Under the pieces are notes generated by a model that had not been told where the DNA came from, ran no database searches, and worked only from the letters and a program-made list of their open reading frames with translations. Made by a program: the position numbers and the translations under genes. This document shows positions 22,988 to 35,094 of a DNA stretch of 64,000 bases, in pieces. Source of the DNA: Setoptus koraiensis (lineage: Eukaryota > Animalia > Arthropoda); the NCBI GenBank assembly GCA_048013815.1, contig CM106586.1:7874001-7938000 (forward strand), in the 5' to 3' direction. The first letter of the stretch is position 1, and each line of letters opens with the position of its first letter.

Positions 22988-24165
22988 TACTGCTGACGTG
23001 TGAATGTGAGTGTATAGATAAGATTGCTCAATATTACAGTATATAACTTTATCGGTGGCAGAGTGAATAGACAAAAAAATATATGTATAAATAAATGAGT
23101 ATGAATAAAATTGTCCTCATTGAGAGGAATTCATTATTAGCAAAGAAACTAGCTCTTTCTCTCGTTGCGCTGTCTACGGCACTGTGTTGCCTGTTCAACA
23201 CAAACGGTACATTTTGCGCGTCCACCAGAGGCGCACAACCTACATTAATGCACTGTCAGACAAGCATATGTGTTGCAATATTATTGATCAAAGCATAGTT
23301 GCGGTGGCAGTCCGCAAGAGTGCTCCAGCAGCGTTGCAGAGTGGGCAATCGAGTGCAGTGTTTTCATAAGATGTTTCTTTCGTCTGGTTCACTTGTGCGC
23401 CCATTGCATAGCTCAAATTTTCACGCACTCAATGTTAACTGAGTGGCCTTTGCGCGCAGTCCATTGGGGCGCGCCTGGCGGAAAAGTTGTGCATCGCTGT
23501 TGATGCAGAGACCTTTGACAGAGCACTATATGAAGCGCGATGGCGCGATTGTTCGATGTGTGAAACGAATGTTCTGTTCTGCGCAATATATAGACGAGAG
23601 AATTTGCCCATCTATCCGACACTATTGAGAACTATAAACAATACAATACATAAAGAAAGAATTGTCATGTTGGCACTGTTGGCACAAATGCCGGGAAGCG
23701 CGCGTATTTACAAATAATATTTGGCAAATCGGAAACTGCAACGGGCCGAAGTGATTCATTGCATCAGAATATTGTTGCCCCCGGTTGCTCTGTTTTCATC
23801 GACACATGAGACATTTGGCCGACTGACAGCCGCTCCTGTTATGCAATGACCGCAACAGAAATCGTTGCAGTGATTGCGTAAGGAGGTATGTTATTCCGAG
23901 CTTAAGTTTACGCGTTGCCTCTGTCAGACATTGTCTGAGGAAGAAATTCTGAGGCGTTGCAACTACAATCGAACAATCGTCTGGTGTCTTGACAGTATCG
24001 CAGGCTGCCCTCCCGAGGTGCAGTGAACTTTGGATTGAGCGCACATTGTGCTAAAATTGTGATTGTTTATTGTTGCTACAATTAAAACGATTTGCGGACA
24101 TAATTCACATAATTAAAATCTGTCGAATACCAGGTCACAGCAACAGGTAATAAAGGCTGTAGATA

Positions 24166-27100
24166 CTATTGTTGTTGCTCAATTCTCACCACGCAGCCAT
24201 TTGTCGCGTCAAGCTCGATCATTTCGCCCTGCTTGAAGATGGTGGTGGCATTGTTGACGCCAATCAACGACGGCAGGCCGTATTCTCTTGCGATCACAGC
24301 GCCGTGACTAATTAGGCCGCCTATCTCTGTTATGATGCCACCTATTATGGGAAATATCGGACTAAAGGCAATATCTGTGCTATAGGTAACCAAGATGTCG
24401 CCAGGTTTCACCTGAGACAATTGATCGTACTCATTCACAATACACACCGGACCCCTGATAGTGCCAGAGCAGGCCGGAGTTCCGGGGATTTTCTTCAATG
24501 ATTTCATGCGCTCCTTCTCGTTGCGTGCCTCGGCACTGTCCATCATGAGGTGACGCGGTAGAAACTCGTGACCGCTGATGATTTCGTCGAACGTCCAATT
24601 GGCCAATTTCTTATAAAAGCGGCGCCTTCTTTGGGCTTGATCCACAAGACCTGGCTGATGTTGCTCCACTAATCTGGCCACTTCTTCGCATGTCATATAA
24701 TTCAATAGATCGTCGTCGGGAATGCGACAATTCTGGCGCAATTCCTTGGCCAACATCCTGACGGCATCGCGCAAACAATCCGTGTTGAATATGAGTAAAT
24801 CTTTGGTGAGCTCGCGACATTTGAGAAATTGGTGACACTTTGGCAATATGTAATAGTCAACGTATAGTCTGTCGAAGAAACTCAATTCAACGCCCATTTC
24901 TTTCAGCATTACGCTACCTTTTCTCTTGTCGCTTTCTCTGCAATCTGCTGCATATTTAGCCTTGCCATCGTGTGCCTGTTGCAGCTTGTTCAATTGATCT
25001 TGGCAAGCTTTTTTGATCATGTTAATCACAAACATGGGTTCATCGCGCCAGGGTTTGCTAGACAATTCAAACTCGTTATAGGACCTGTGACCGAATAGAT
25101 CCATGAATTTGTTGAACGCCTTGGTCAGGTCGCTATTCGGTTCACTTGTGATGTATCTCAGCGTTTCAGTGTCATTCATTGCAATGAATCGTTTCAGATT
25201 TTCTTCATCGCCATTCGCTCCAATTATCTTGGCCATCTGTTCAATCTGACGGGGAACACCAGCACTAAACACATCTTTACACGAGGACAATAACTTCGAA
25301 TAGACGGCAAATATTCTGGCCGGATCCTTGATGTGCTTCGACAATATCGTCGTTAGTGTTTGATTGTATGTGGGTGAAATAATTATTAACATTATATGCG
25401 CCAGCCAACTTTCACATCCCTCCATCACGACAATGTGCATTTGCTTGTATAGGTCACTCATTGACGATGTTCGCACAAATTTATGTTTCAGTATGTCTCT
25501 TCTTAGGTTGCGAACTCTCTTGAATGCCTTCTGGCACATCAATTCGGGGAAGAATTTATACGGCAAACCGGATAGGATAAATTTGAATATAGTGATCAGT
25601 GCTGGAATTTTACGATCTATCTTGCTGGCCTCTTGGGCCAATTTTGGGTCATCCACTTCATGGCCAAAGAAACCTATCTCAAGGGCACGTGCTTGTAAGG
25701 GACGATTCTCGCCAGATCCAAAATCGAAAATCTTACTGACGCGTAACACAACAAAATAAAAACAATTGAATAGTGAGAATTCTGGTGTTTGTTGAGGAAA
25801 AGATTGTCCCATGTCCATAGAACGGAATACGTGACCACCAAAAATTTGCCAAGATTGGAGTACATATGAATAGGTGAGTGGTGTTATTGCAAACGGTAGC
25901 ACCTCGCCAATGTTGGCTCGTGTAAGCCACTCTTTTTCGGCTGCCAAACCGCGACTGCCCTCGTGTAACAACTCGAAATCGTTCATAACATCCAGGCCAG
26001 TAACTGGTCTCGATTGAAACAGATACAGATGACCATTTTTGAAGCCCCATTCAATATCGCGACAATTCCTGAAATAATGAGCCACCTTGAGGCCGCATTT
26101 GGCCAATTTCATTATCTCTTCATCCGTCATGCAACACTTGCTGCTATCCTGTCCGTCGGTTATCGTTGTCGTTGCAGAATTGTCGTCGTTGGATTTAATA
26201 ACAACCTTCTTCTGTCCTATGGTTATCTGTCTGATTGCGCCCACTTGACGCTTGCTCAAATCGTTTGGCTGCATGGAATCCAATGTAACCTGTACTATAA
26301 TTGTATCGGGATCAGCCGCGGCACTCACCACCGATTCGCCAAGACCATAATTGGCCGTTATTAAAATTTCTCGCTCGTCGCCATTGGTGGGATTACAAGT
26401 AAACATAACTCCGGCTCTGTCGCACTCGATCATCTCTTGAATGACAATGGCCATTGGCATGTCTATAGGTAGACCATGTTGACGTTTGTATTCCAAATTG
26501 GTTACTGAATACTTAGATCCGAAACAAGCCAACAGAGCATCATACAAGCCCTGGTTGCCTTGACCCAGACGAACGTTGAGCAAGGTGGTCAATTGACCCG
26601 CGGCGCTCATGTTGGCCTCATCTTCGCCCCAAGACGATGAACGAACAGCAAAAGATTTTCCTTCCTGTTCCAATGATGACATTTCAAAAGTCTTCAAAAC
26701 CAACTCCTCTAGTTCATCTTTCAGTTGTTGTGGAATCTTCAACTTTTTAAGCATGAAATCTTCGCCATTTTGTTGCTCATGTTCCTCTCGTTGAGATTGT
26801 TTAGGCAAGAAAAACCTCTGAAAACGCTCACTTTCGCATCTGATCCTCTCTTGGTCTCCCTGACACACAACACTGGCTAGGCGTTTTTCTTCGCGTGCCA
26901 ATTCGGGATTTAGTTCTAGAATGGAATCGTAGGCGTATCGAGTCACAACGAGGCCTCTGGGCACCTCGAATTGAATATTATCGTTTTGTGGATAATTAAT
27001 TAATTGCGCCAATGACGCGGCTTTTGCTCCGCACAACGAGCTGAACAGACTGTGCTCTTTCTGGGTCAGAGCCACCACCATGGGTTTAGCGTTATGCGTC

Positions 27101-28353
27101 TTGGACAGGATGTCGAGATAGGCGAGATCAATCAAAAGAGGACTGTGGGCTTGTGGGCTGTTCCTTGTTTTACTCAGGTATTCATTGACACTCTTTTCGA
27201 TCAGTTGACTTGTGTCTGAGCTTTCTACACAATCGTTGATGAGTATGAAACCGCGGCCTTTGTAACCGTCTGCAATCAAATCGATAAAGCTTGATTCGAC
27301 TATGCCACCATTCTCGCGATTGAGAGATTCCACGATAATATTTTTATTGTCGCTCTGGACAGCGATCTTTGAAAACTGACGAGTATCTCTGCTAACGTGA
27401 TCCCAATTGATGCCACTCAATCGTTGTACTGGATATGTAACTTGATAGCTGGGACAAGAGTAGCCAAATTGGAGCTGATGCTCTTTCGAGGTACCACCAA
27501 ATTGTTTGCAATCTGTTGATTCGATAACGCCAGCATGAAATGAGATTCCGTTGGCAAAATATCCCAATATTCGCTTGCAGCGCAACCTCTTGCTAGACTC
27601 TATGTCGATGAAGTGTCTAGCATGGAAGCCCCAACAAAATAGCTTCTCTTCTTTGACTGGTAGAGATTCATTATCACGTTCAATGGTGTAGACACTTCTG
27701 AACTGAGCCGGATGCTCGTGTCTGTCTTGCAGTATCAGCTCGTCGAGTGCCCTCCGATAACCAAAGGGGTGACGCTTACCAGCCAATTGATTGGCCATGA
27801 ATTTTGTGTCGAAAGTCTCTTTGAAATCGAAAATTTTACCGGCATTCGAGATAAGGGAACGGAAACGAATGTACACCAGCTCGTTAGTTGAACGATTCCT
27901 CATGAAACCGGAGAAAAACAAGCGATATTGGCGATACGGAACCAGAACTTCGAGCTGTATATTTCGTCCGCTGTATTTTCTCAGTTCTGCGGAGTCGTAT
28001 GATTGAGTCCATATTTCTTCGTAATCGTATACACTGTTGTTAGTTGCGGGGCCAAGTTCTAATGTGAATTGCGTAAATAATGTGGACAATTTCAGAGGTT
28101 CGTTCGGGCGCCATTTCATCTGCAAATACAAGCCCGACTGCCATGTGTTCGAGCCAACTAGGGTGATATTTTCATTGCGATTCGGATTAGGTAATGCCAG
28201 TTTCCATTCTTCAAGACGGGGTAGCATCCCATTTGCTTCGGGAATTGTCACTTCGGCATTGCTGGTGAGGACATTCAGTCGACTTTTTGGACGATCTTTT
28301 AGCCACAGCCTCAAACGTATGTAAAAATACACAAACCACGTGATGAAGTTCAT
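24166..28353 (-). CDS. PEP-utilising enzyme superfamily protein (PPDK_N ATP-grasp + RPH/PigC/YvkC-type core + swivelling phospho-His domain) with about 400-aa N-terminal extension
   Basis: CGAKAASLAQL, FAVRSSSWGED...SAAGQLTTLLNV, IVIQEMIECDRAGVMFTCNP, DIEWG...LYLFQSRPVT, FGHRSYNEFELSSKPWRDEP, GGLISHGAVIAREYGLP. Domain order (ATP-grasp, substrate, His domain last) is that of the rifampicin phosphotransferase type. Confidence 0.9.
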   Translation of the reverse strand: MNFITWFVYFYIRLRLWLKDRPKSRLNVLTSNAEVTIPEANGMLPRLEEWKLALPNPNRNENITLVGSNTWQSGLYLQMKWRPNEPLKLSTLFTQFTLELGPATNNSVYDYEEIWTQSYDSAELRKYSGRNIQLEVLVPYRQYRLFFSGFMRNRSTNELVYIRFRSLISNAGKIFDFKETFDTKFMANQLAGKRHPFGYRRALDELILQDRHEHPAQFRSVYTIERDNESLPVKEEKLFCWGFHARHFIDIESSKRLRCKRILGYFANGISFHAGVIESTDCKQFGGTSKEHQLQFGYSCPSYQVTYPVQRLSGINWDHVSRDTRQFSKIAVQSDNKNIIVESLNRENGGIVESSFIDLIADGYKGRGFILINDCVESSDTSQLIEKSVNEYLSKTRNSPQAHSPLLIDLAYLDILSKTHNAKPMVVALTQKEHSLFSSLCGAKAASLAQLINYPQNDNIQFEVPRGLVVTRYAYDSILELNPELAREEKRLASVVCQGDQERIRCESERFQRFFLPKQSQREEHEQQNGEDFMLKKLKIPQQLKDELEELVLKTFEMSSLEQEGKSFAVRSSSWGEDEANMSAAGQLTTLLNVRLGQGNQGLYDALLACFGSKYSVTNLEYKRQHGLPIDMPMAIVIQEMIECDRAGVMFTCNPTNGDEREILITANYGLGESVVSAAADPDTIIVQVTLDSMQPNDLSKRQVGAIRQITIGQKKVVIKSNDDNSATTTITDGQDSSKCCMTDEEIMKLAKCGLKVAHYFRNCRDIEWGFKNGHLYLFQSRPVTGLDVMNDFELLHEGSRGLAAEKEWLTRANIGEVLPFAITPLTYSYVLQSWQIFGGHVFRSMDMGQSFPQQTPEFSLFNCFYFVVLRVSKIFDFGSGENRPLQARALEIGFFGHEVDDPKLAQEASKIDRKIPALITIFKFILSGLPYKFFPELMCQKAFKRVRNLRRDILKHKFVRTSSMSDLYKQMHIVVMEGCESWLAHIMLIIISPTYNQTLTTILSKHIKDPARIFAVYSKLLSSCKDVFSAGVPRQIEQMAKIIGANGDEENLKRFIAMNDTETLRYITSEPNSDLTKAFNKFMDLFGHRSYNEFELSSKPWRDEPMFVINMIKKACQDQLNKLQQAHDGKAKYAADCRESDKRKGSVMLKEMGVELSFFDRLYVDYYILPKCHQFLKCRELTKDLLIFNTDCLRDAVRMLAKELRQNCRIPDDDLLNYMTCEEVARLVEQHQPGLVDQAQRRRRFYKKLANWTFDEIISGHEFLPRHLMMDSAEARNEKERMKSLKKIPGTPACSGTIRGPVCIVNEYDQLSQVKPGDILVTYSTDIAFSPIFPIIGGIITEIGGLISHGAVIAREYGLPSLIGVNNATTIFKQGEMIELDATNGCVVRIEQQQ

Positions 28354-28813
28354 AATGATTCAATCTGGCGTGTTGTATAATGTAATAATAACAATTAAAA
28401 ATGTAATGTAAGAATTGACTATGGATAAAAAATTTGATGTGTGATGTCGAATGACAATAAATTGGTTGAGCAATGAGTATCGACTGTGAGATTTTCCATT
28501 CATAAGTGAATCGATAACTAATGAATCGATCATTACAATCACTTGTCACACCCTAAGATTGTTTTTTGAGATAAAGTAACAATGAAAGCTATAGTTCTCC
28601 TAATCTCAAGAGAGATTATGGTGGATTTATGAAGATGATTGCGGCAGCTGCAGTCTCGACTATGGCGCCAATCATCACGCTCGATCGTGCACCAACCATG
28701 GTGCACCAACCATTGTGGTTTGCACAATGGTTGGTGTTATCTTCTGTCAATTGAAATGAATCTTACTAATGGAAACTAACTAATGATTGTTGATAGATAC
28801 GTTTGTTTTTTCA

Positions 28814-30955
28814 TCATTTATTGTTGTCTTTCAAAAGTCTCTCTTTCAATTTATAACTCTCTTCTATGATCTGTAACGGAAGATCTTCGCCAACATTTGT
28901 TTTGAGGTAACGATCAACTTGTTGTTGTTCGTTGAGCCAAAATTTCTTTGGTATTGAGAACAATTTGTCCATGTCTATGTGCTCCAGACCACTCAGATTG
29001 AGTGCGCCTTTTTTGGGCAGCCAACCAACGGGACTTTTAATTGCGCAATCCTCGCCATCGACCCTGCGACATATCCAATCCAACACTCTGGAGTTGTCGC
29101 CGAACCCTGGCCACAAGAATTGGCCGCTCTGTTCGTCCTTCCTGAACCAGTTCACATGAAATATCTTGGGCAGTTTGAGATTCTTTTGTTGGCCGAAATT
29201 GAGCCAATGTTTAAGATAGTGACCAAAATTGTAACCAAAGAACGGTCTCATGGCAAACGGATCATGCATTATACTTTTGCCTGTGTGCTCGGCCGCGGCA
29301 GTTGTTTCGGACCGCATGGAGGCTCCAACGAACACTCCATGCTGCCAATCGAAGGCCTCGTACACCAACGGGACCCCTTGCGGTCGCCGGCCGCCAAATA
29401 TAATTGCCGATATTGGCACACCCTCGGAATCTTCCCACAACGGATCTATAATGGGACACTGGGAGGCCGGCGCGCAAAATCTCGAATTCGGATGGGCCGC
29501 CTTCTTACTGTTGTCGTTGGCGTTCCACGTCTCATTGAGCCACGTTTTAATTTGTTGATTGTTGTTGTTGCCAAGACGATGCTCCAGTCCCTCCCAGAAG
29601 AAATCGCCGTCGGATGTTTCGGCGACATTTGTGAAAATGGTGTTGCGCGTAACAGTTTTCATTGCGTTCGGATTAGACTGTTCGTTTGTGCCGGGCGCCA
29701 CGCCAAAGAATCCCGCCTCGGGATTGATCGCCCTTAGGAGGCCGTTCTCGTCGAAGCGCATCCAGGCGATATCGTCGCCGACGCACTCAACCTTGAAACC
29801 GGGCAAAGTAGGTGTCATCATGGCCAGATTTGTTTTGCCACAGGCGCTTGGAAAGGCGGCCGCAACGTACTTTTTGACACCTTGCGGATTTGTTATGCCC
29901 AATATGAGCATATGTTCCGCCAGCCAGCCCTCTTTGCGGCCCAAAATGGAGCCCATTCGCAGGGCAAGACATTTCTTGCCCAATAGAGAATTGCCGCCGT
30001 AGCCCGAGCCGAAAGACACAATCTCTTTTTTGTCGGGAAAATGCGCAATGATTGTCTTGTCCGGATTACAGGGCCAATTATTGACGATAGGTGGCTCGTC
30101 GTGTTTCACTGGCAGCGGTCGTCCAACCGAATGGGTACAACGAACAAAATCCTGTTCCACGTCGTGATTGATGTAATCCAAAACCTTGCGTGACACCCGC
30201 GTCATTATGCGCATACTGGCCACAACATAGGGCGAATCGGTTAGCTGAACGCCCAGCTTTGACAGATTTGATCCGAGCGGCCCCATCGAGAAGGGTATGA
30301 CATACATGGTTCGTCCGGTCATGCAGTTCTTGAATCTTTCGTTCAACAGTCTCTCGGCCTCGTCCGGTGCCATCCAATTGCCCAACTGGCCGGCGCCGCC
30401 GCCAGCCGTCTTGTCGTTGTCGGCCGGCAACGATCTGGGCACAGTGTCGAACTTGTTTTTGGTGCAGATAAAAGTTTTAGATTCAACGCGAGCAACGTCG
30501 CGAGGATCCGTTCTGGCCAGCCAACAATTGTGATATTTTGTCAATGGGCTAATCATGGACTGTTTGTGCATTTGTCTCAACAGTGTGTCATTTTCTTCTT
30601 GGCTGCCGTCGCAAACGTGAATATTGTAACAATTTGTCAGGGTCGCCTTGTCCTCGATGAAACTTTTCACGCTGGCCGGTAGTGTGTTGACTTTGAACAG
30701 GGGCGCCGATGACGACAAGGCCGTGGACAGTCTTCTCTGTTTGCACAATGGCAATCTGGGCCTGCTGAAGTTGCTGTTGTCCGGCAAGCTTGATCTTGTT
30801 CTCTTGCTAGAGGTGAACGTATCCAGGGATCTGGATTTGTTTAGGGTTGCATGGGTGTTTCGTGTCATGGTGACTGCCGCTGTTGTCGCTATTGTCGCTA
30901 GTGAGTATGATGATGAGTTGTTTGCTATTAAAGTTTCCTTAATTAATATATTCAT
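28814..30955 (-). CDS. Pepck: Phosphoenolpyruvate carboxykinase [GTP], probably mitochondrial, single coding exon
   Basis: [70 protein letters not shown]. Ser/Arg-rich N-terminal extension ending RRLSTA resembles a presequence. Confidence 0.97.
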   Translation of the reverse strand: MNILIKETLIANNSSSYSLATIATTAAVTMTRNTHATLNKSRSLDTFTSSKRTRSSLPDNSNFSRPRLPLCKQRRLSTALSSSAPLFKVNTLPASVKSFIEDKATLTNCYNIHVCDGSQEENDTLLRQMHKQSMISPLTKYHNCWLARTDPRDVARVESKTFICTKNKFDTVPRSLPADNDKTAGGGAGQLGNWMAPDEAERLLNERFKNCMTGRTMYVIPFSMGPLGSNLSKLGVQLTDSPYVVASMRIMTRVSRKVLDYINHDVEQDFVRCTHSVGRPLPVKHDEPPIVNNWPCNPDKTIIAHFPDKKEIVSFGSGYGGNSLLGKKCLALRMGSILGRKEGWLAEHMLILGITNPQGVKKYVAAAFPSACGKTNLAMMTPTLPGFKVECVGDDIAWMRFDENGLLRAINPEAGFFGVAPGTNEQSNPNAMKTVTRNTIFTNVAETSDGDFFWEGLEHRLGNNNNQQIKTWLNETWNANDNSKKAAHPNSRFCAPASQCPIIDPLWEDSEGVPISAIIFGGRRPQGVPLVYEAFDWQHGVFVGASMRSETTAAAEHTGKSIMHDPFAMRPFFGYNFGHYLKHWLNFGQQKNLKLPKIFHVNWFRKDEQSGQFLWPGFGDNSRVLDWICRRVDGEDCAIKSPVGWLPKKGALNLSGLEHIDMDKLFSIPKKFWLNEQQQVDRYLKTNVGEDLPLQIIEESYKLKERLLKDNNK

Positions 30956-31756
30956 AGTAGTTGCTATTCGCTAATGATGACTGCCTGAAAGTAAAATCGT
31001 CAATTTATTAAGATTTGAAAAACAATACGACAACAGCTTTGTTTAGATTGGCATCTATCGGTGGTGCTGCTGTTTGTTGTTGTTGTCCCGCCAAATAGCT
31101 ATACTTTTCAAGTGGCTACGAGAATTGATTAATAACTGATTTGATCTCATCAGATCATGAGAGAGAGAGAGAGAGATTATTGTTGATGATCCAATTGTAA
31201 TTGTTGTCTTCAATCGATCACACTGAATACGCACTGAATGAACTGCAATACGGTCAAGTAGAGATGAGCACGTTGAATGGAGAGGTTGCGTAGTGGGGGG
31301 AGATCACTTAATTGGCTGATCAACAATAGATTAGCAGATGAGTATCAACAGTGATAGTCTGGCAATGAGTGTTGCTGTTGTTTTCTGGCTCACAATTAAT
31401 GGTTTAATGGCTTTGTTTTTTATTTTGATCGGGGATTTAAAATTCAATTCGTTTGTTTAATTGTTTAAAATCTTGTCTTATCGGCTGCTGTTTAATCGGC
31501 GATATTATATATATATTATTAACCCACGGTGATTATTAACACAGGTGATTGAATTCAAAAGGTGATGTGATATCGATGTCGGTGTGGCAGTGTCTGTATC
31601 CGCGTTGGACATGCAATAAGTGATGCTGCAACAATAATAACAAGTGCATGCGACCGCAGTTTTTAAACACTCACTCACCAACTAACGGAATTTGCCCCGG
31701 CTCTCTGCTGTGGACAGTCAATTTGGGCATATTATATTTCTACTGATTCTCTTGCC

Positions 31757-31803
31757 TTTACAAGCAAGGTATTTCTCGAATTTACCAGCAAGGTATTTCT
31801 CGA
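31757..31803. repeat. Tandem duplication of a 23-nt unit tttac(a/c)agcaaggtatttctcga, period 24
   Basis: Copies at 31757-31779 and 31781-31803, one mismatch. Confidence 0.9.
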
Positions 31804-32257
31804 TGGCATTCGACGACGGCCAACCACCGGCGTCGACGCACAACATTGGCCCGCTATTTTGGGCAAAGCAGATTTGGATTGCAATGAGATCTCATTATGC
31901 AATAGCAACCACTACAGCTACCACGGTGTACGGTATTTTGTATGGTTACTCATCTGTTGTGAGGTGAGTGTTTACGTCATCTAACTCCAGTGGTTGTTTG
32001 TTGTTATCAACAAACAACACAAAGAATACAACTCGCCATTCGCTAGTGCGCCAGTGCACTAGTAAACTTGTTTACTTTGTTCACCATGTTAGCAGTGCAA
32101 CTTCTTTTCTCCTATCAAGAAGCTTCTTTCGGGGTCGAAACAATAAGAAAGCTCCCTGTCAGTGGCGCCACAAACGCCCCCGCTCAACCGAATATTGATT
32201 GTATGTGAAGCTGGTTGGGGGCCGTGGCTATTATTTACCGCTAGTATCGCATTAATG

Positions 32258-32304
32258 CATCGTAAGCACAATGGGTGGGATACATCGTAAGGACAATGGG
32301 TGGG
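32258..32304. repeat. Tandem duplication of a 22-nt unit catcgtaag(c/g)acaatgggtggg, period 25
   Basis: Copies at 32258-32279 and 32283-32304, one mismatch. Confidence 0.9.
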
Positions 32305-35094
32305 GGCCATGAATTGTTTTTATTTATCATCTCGTGTGCCGTCGTCATAGCATTTTATGTAACAGTGAGATAAAAATAGTAAGATCGTGCGTTGCATAAT
32401 GATCTCAATTGAAGCGTGTGAGCTCATTAATATGATCAAATAAAACACACATATGATAGCCAATACAATGTAATTGCAATTGTAATGTACGAGCAAAAAT
32501 CGTCACAATAACGAATGACGTCGCATTTGTTAGTAACAAATCTGGTCGTTATGCCATTTATCAAGAGTCTAGTCAAGTCGATTTTTTAGAAACGCCGATA
32601 CTATTAAAAGGCAAGCTAACTGCTTGTTTGACTACGTAGAGCTCACTCACAATTTCACTATGTCGTACAGTTTGTAGTCATGGTGGTTTGTCGATAAACA
32701 TTAATATTGAGCCCACAAGACGGTCTTGTCAATGTAGATACAAACAATTGCCCCCCTCCCTGGCATGGAAACCCCTGTAAACCTATGCGGTACAACCGTG
32801 TAGACCCGGCAGACGATGAAAAGTAGCGATATGAACTAAATCACTGTATAAATACATAGAGTGGAATTATCTGCTATCGCTGTCTATCTTGATTATTCAT
32901 TAGCGACAAGACGAATGAGTCTATTGTTGGCAGACTAACATAATTGAAACATATTATTATTAGCGTCGTAGGGAGTCGTATTCGTTCTCCTTGCTAAAGT
33001 TGAGCTGGGTATTTTTCCTCCCATCGTCGAGAAACATCGGTACAAAGTCAAAAAATTTCTCTATCGCATTGGTGAGATCAGTTGGTGCGCTGAGCTATGG
33101 GTCTGTTGTTTCTTTAGAAAGCTACATACAATGTAATTAATGTTTTCGCTCGGACCATTGGAAAGACAGACATCCCACCTACAGATTGAGAGATTCAAGT
33201 CGAAGATTTTGTAGGAAATCTTATCAGAATATTTTAATTTTATTTTGAATCAATTGATCAATCAATTATATTTATGCCATTGATCTATCCATCAATAGAC
33301 CAAACTTTTCATCAACCACTCGTCGCTCATGCTAAAAAAAGTTCAAAGCTTTATAGGGTCACCATGTTCAAGACAATCAGCGGATGTTCAATGAATAAAT
33401 TCATTTTGTGAGGATGTTTTAGGTGCGATAGAGCAAGATTTTGTTTGTTGTTGCCGTGTTCATTACTGCATATCTCTGATTACCACTACGAGACTTATCT
33501 CTATCTTAATGGCGACTAATAATGAAATGAAAGAAGCTGGTAGAAAGAGTCTGTAAATTACACTGTGTATTGCTACTGGGGGAATCTGAGTGAGCGAGTC
33601 GATTTAGCTGACGCAATTTGGGTTAATTTCAATTGCACACCAATTAGATAATTAGACACCCTTCCCTAAATACACCTGTCAGATGATTTGCATGCTAGTG
33701 ATGATAGTTGTTGCATTGGTGTAATTGTATTTGGCTTAGAATGGTTGTTACATGTTGAATAGGAAATTGCTGTTGCTTATTAAACAAACAACAACTAATG
33801 GCATTATGTCAGATGGTGTTTGATGCTCTTGTTGCGTAACGCATTTGATGGTTGACCAATTGACTAGCTTGCCCACTGACTAACCGCCATCGACATGCTG
33901 GCTGGATACAGGCAAATACACACAGGTAATCTAAAGAAAAAACGTTTCAATTGACATCTAAACAATACATTCAATCGATGGCTTTCAGGTTGCCTCTCTA
34001 CTGTGCTGTCTGTGAACAAGAAAAACTTGTTCTCTTTGATTGCAATAAATCAATTAGTTGTTGCACTAATTAATTTTAGCACAAGGTGAGACAAAATTGT
34101 AGAGAGAGAGCGAGTTGCGTCCAGCGAATGCGGCATCTGTCAGTCGTTAATTGGATGATCACTGGTCCGTTGTAATCAAAAGCTGCCAATAATTATTCGT
34201 TTGTTTGTGTGTATCTATCCATATGCCATCCCAATCCTATATCCCTTTATCAATCCCTTCCTTCATGTTATGAGCACATAATATGTGACTGACACCCATT
34301 TATGCAAATGTGACAGTCGTTACAATGTGTGCCAACATAAATTGACTTGTATTTAGATCGAGGACGTGTATGACGGAACAATTTGTTTTCTATTACATAA
34401 GCCCAAACACACACACACACGCACACACCTACATCACATACATTTATGGTGCAAAGTATGATGCAATAATAGCAACAACGTCAATTATGATGGTAATTGA
34501 TTAATTAATAACGGTATATGGTAATAATCAAAAATTAATAACAGCGGCATTAATGTGATAAAAAGAATCGGCTTAAGGTTAATGTGTGTGTTTCCGATAT
34601 TATATTGCTGTTGTAAAGCTGTTGGTTGCTCAATTGCTGATGACGATCTTGTTGAAGAAAGAGACAGAGAGAATGAGAGAGAAACATTGTTTTTGTTGTT
34701 GCTCTATTTGTTGAAAAATTTCATCTGAATAAACGATAATCTTTTTCCAATGGTGGTGCTCTTGTTGTTTTTGGTTTCTACTTCCTGTTGTCTTTTGTTG
34801 TCTTTTTGTTTGTTTTTGTGTGTGCCTACCAAACGAGTGCCCAACAAACGAGACTCGTTATCTATCCGTTTCGTCCCATTTGTTGGTCTGTCTCTATTGT
34901 TGTGTTATCTTGTTCATATTGATTTCATTTCAAATTCAATTCAGATTCATGGTTTCATTGTTGTTGTCTGGTATGGTCTATAATCTACGGTACGCTGCCA
35001 ACCAAGTGTGTGTACTAAGATAGTTGTTGTTAGCTATAGGTAGTTATTATTATTGATATTTTGTTTTAGTTGGATTGATTGGAATTAGAGTCAA

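Noticed and set aside
23400-24060. Possible snRNA, SRP RNA or U3 in the GC-richer spacer (fragments such as tttgcgcgcagt, ttgcgtaaggagg, gaggaaga)
   Set aside because: Only isolated short matches; the required neighbouring motifs (SRP helix 8, U3 boxes A/B/C/D, Sm site) are missing. It looks more like an E2F/GCGC-rich promoter. An Infernal/Rfam scan would settle it.
31585-31660. miR-34-like seed (tggcagtg)
   Set aside because: The remainder does not match miR-34 and there is no complementary star arm nearby.
32960-33270. Short coding-like minus-strand frames in the spacer between PEPCK and Peritrophin-A
   Set aside because: Under 60 codons, no ATG, and joining them would need an implausible 34-nt intron.
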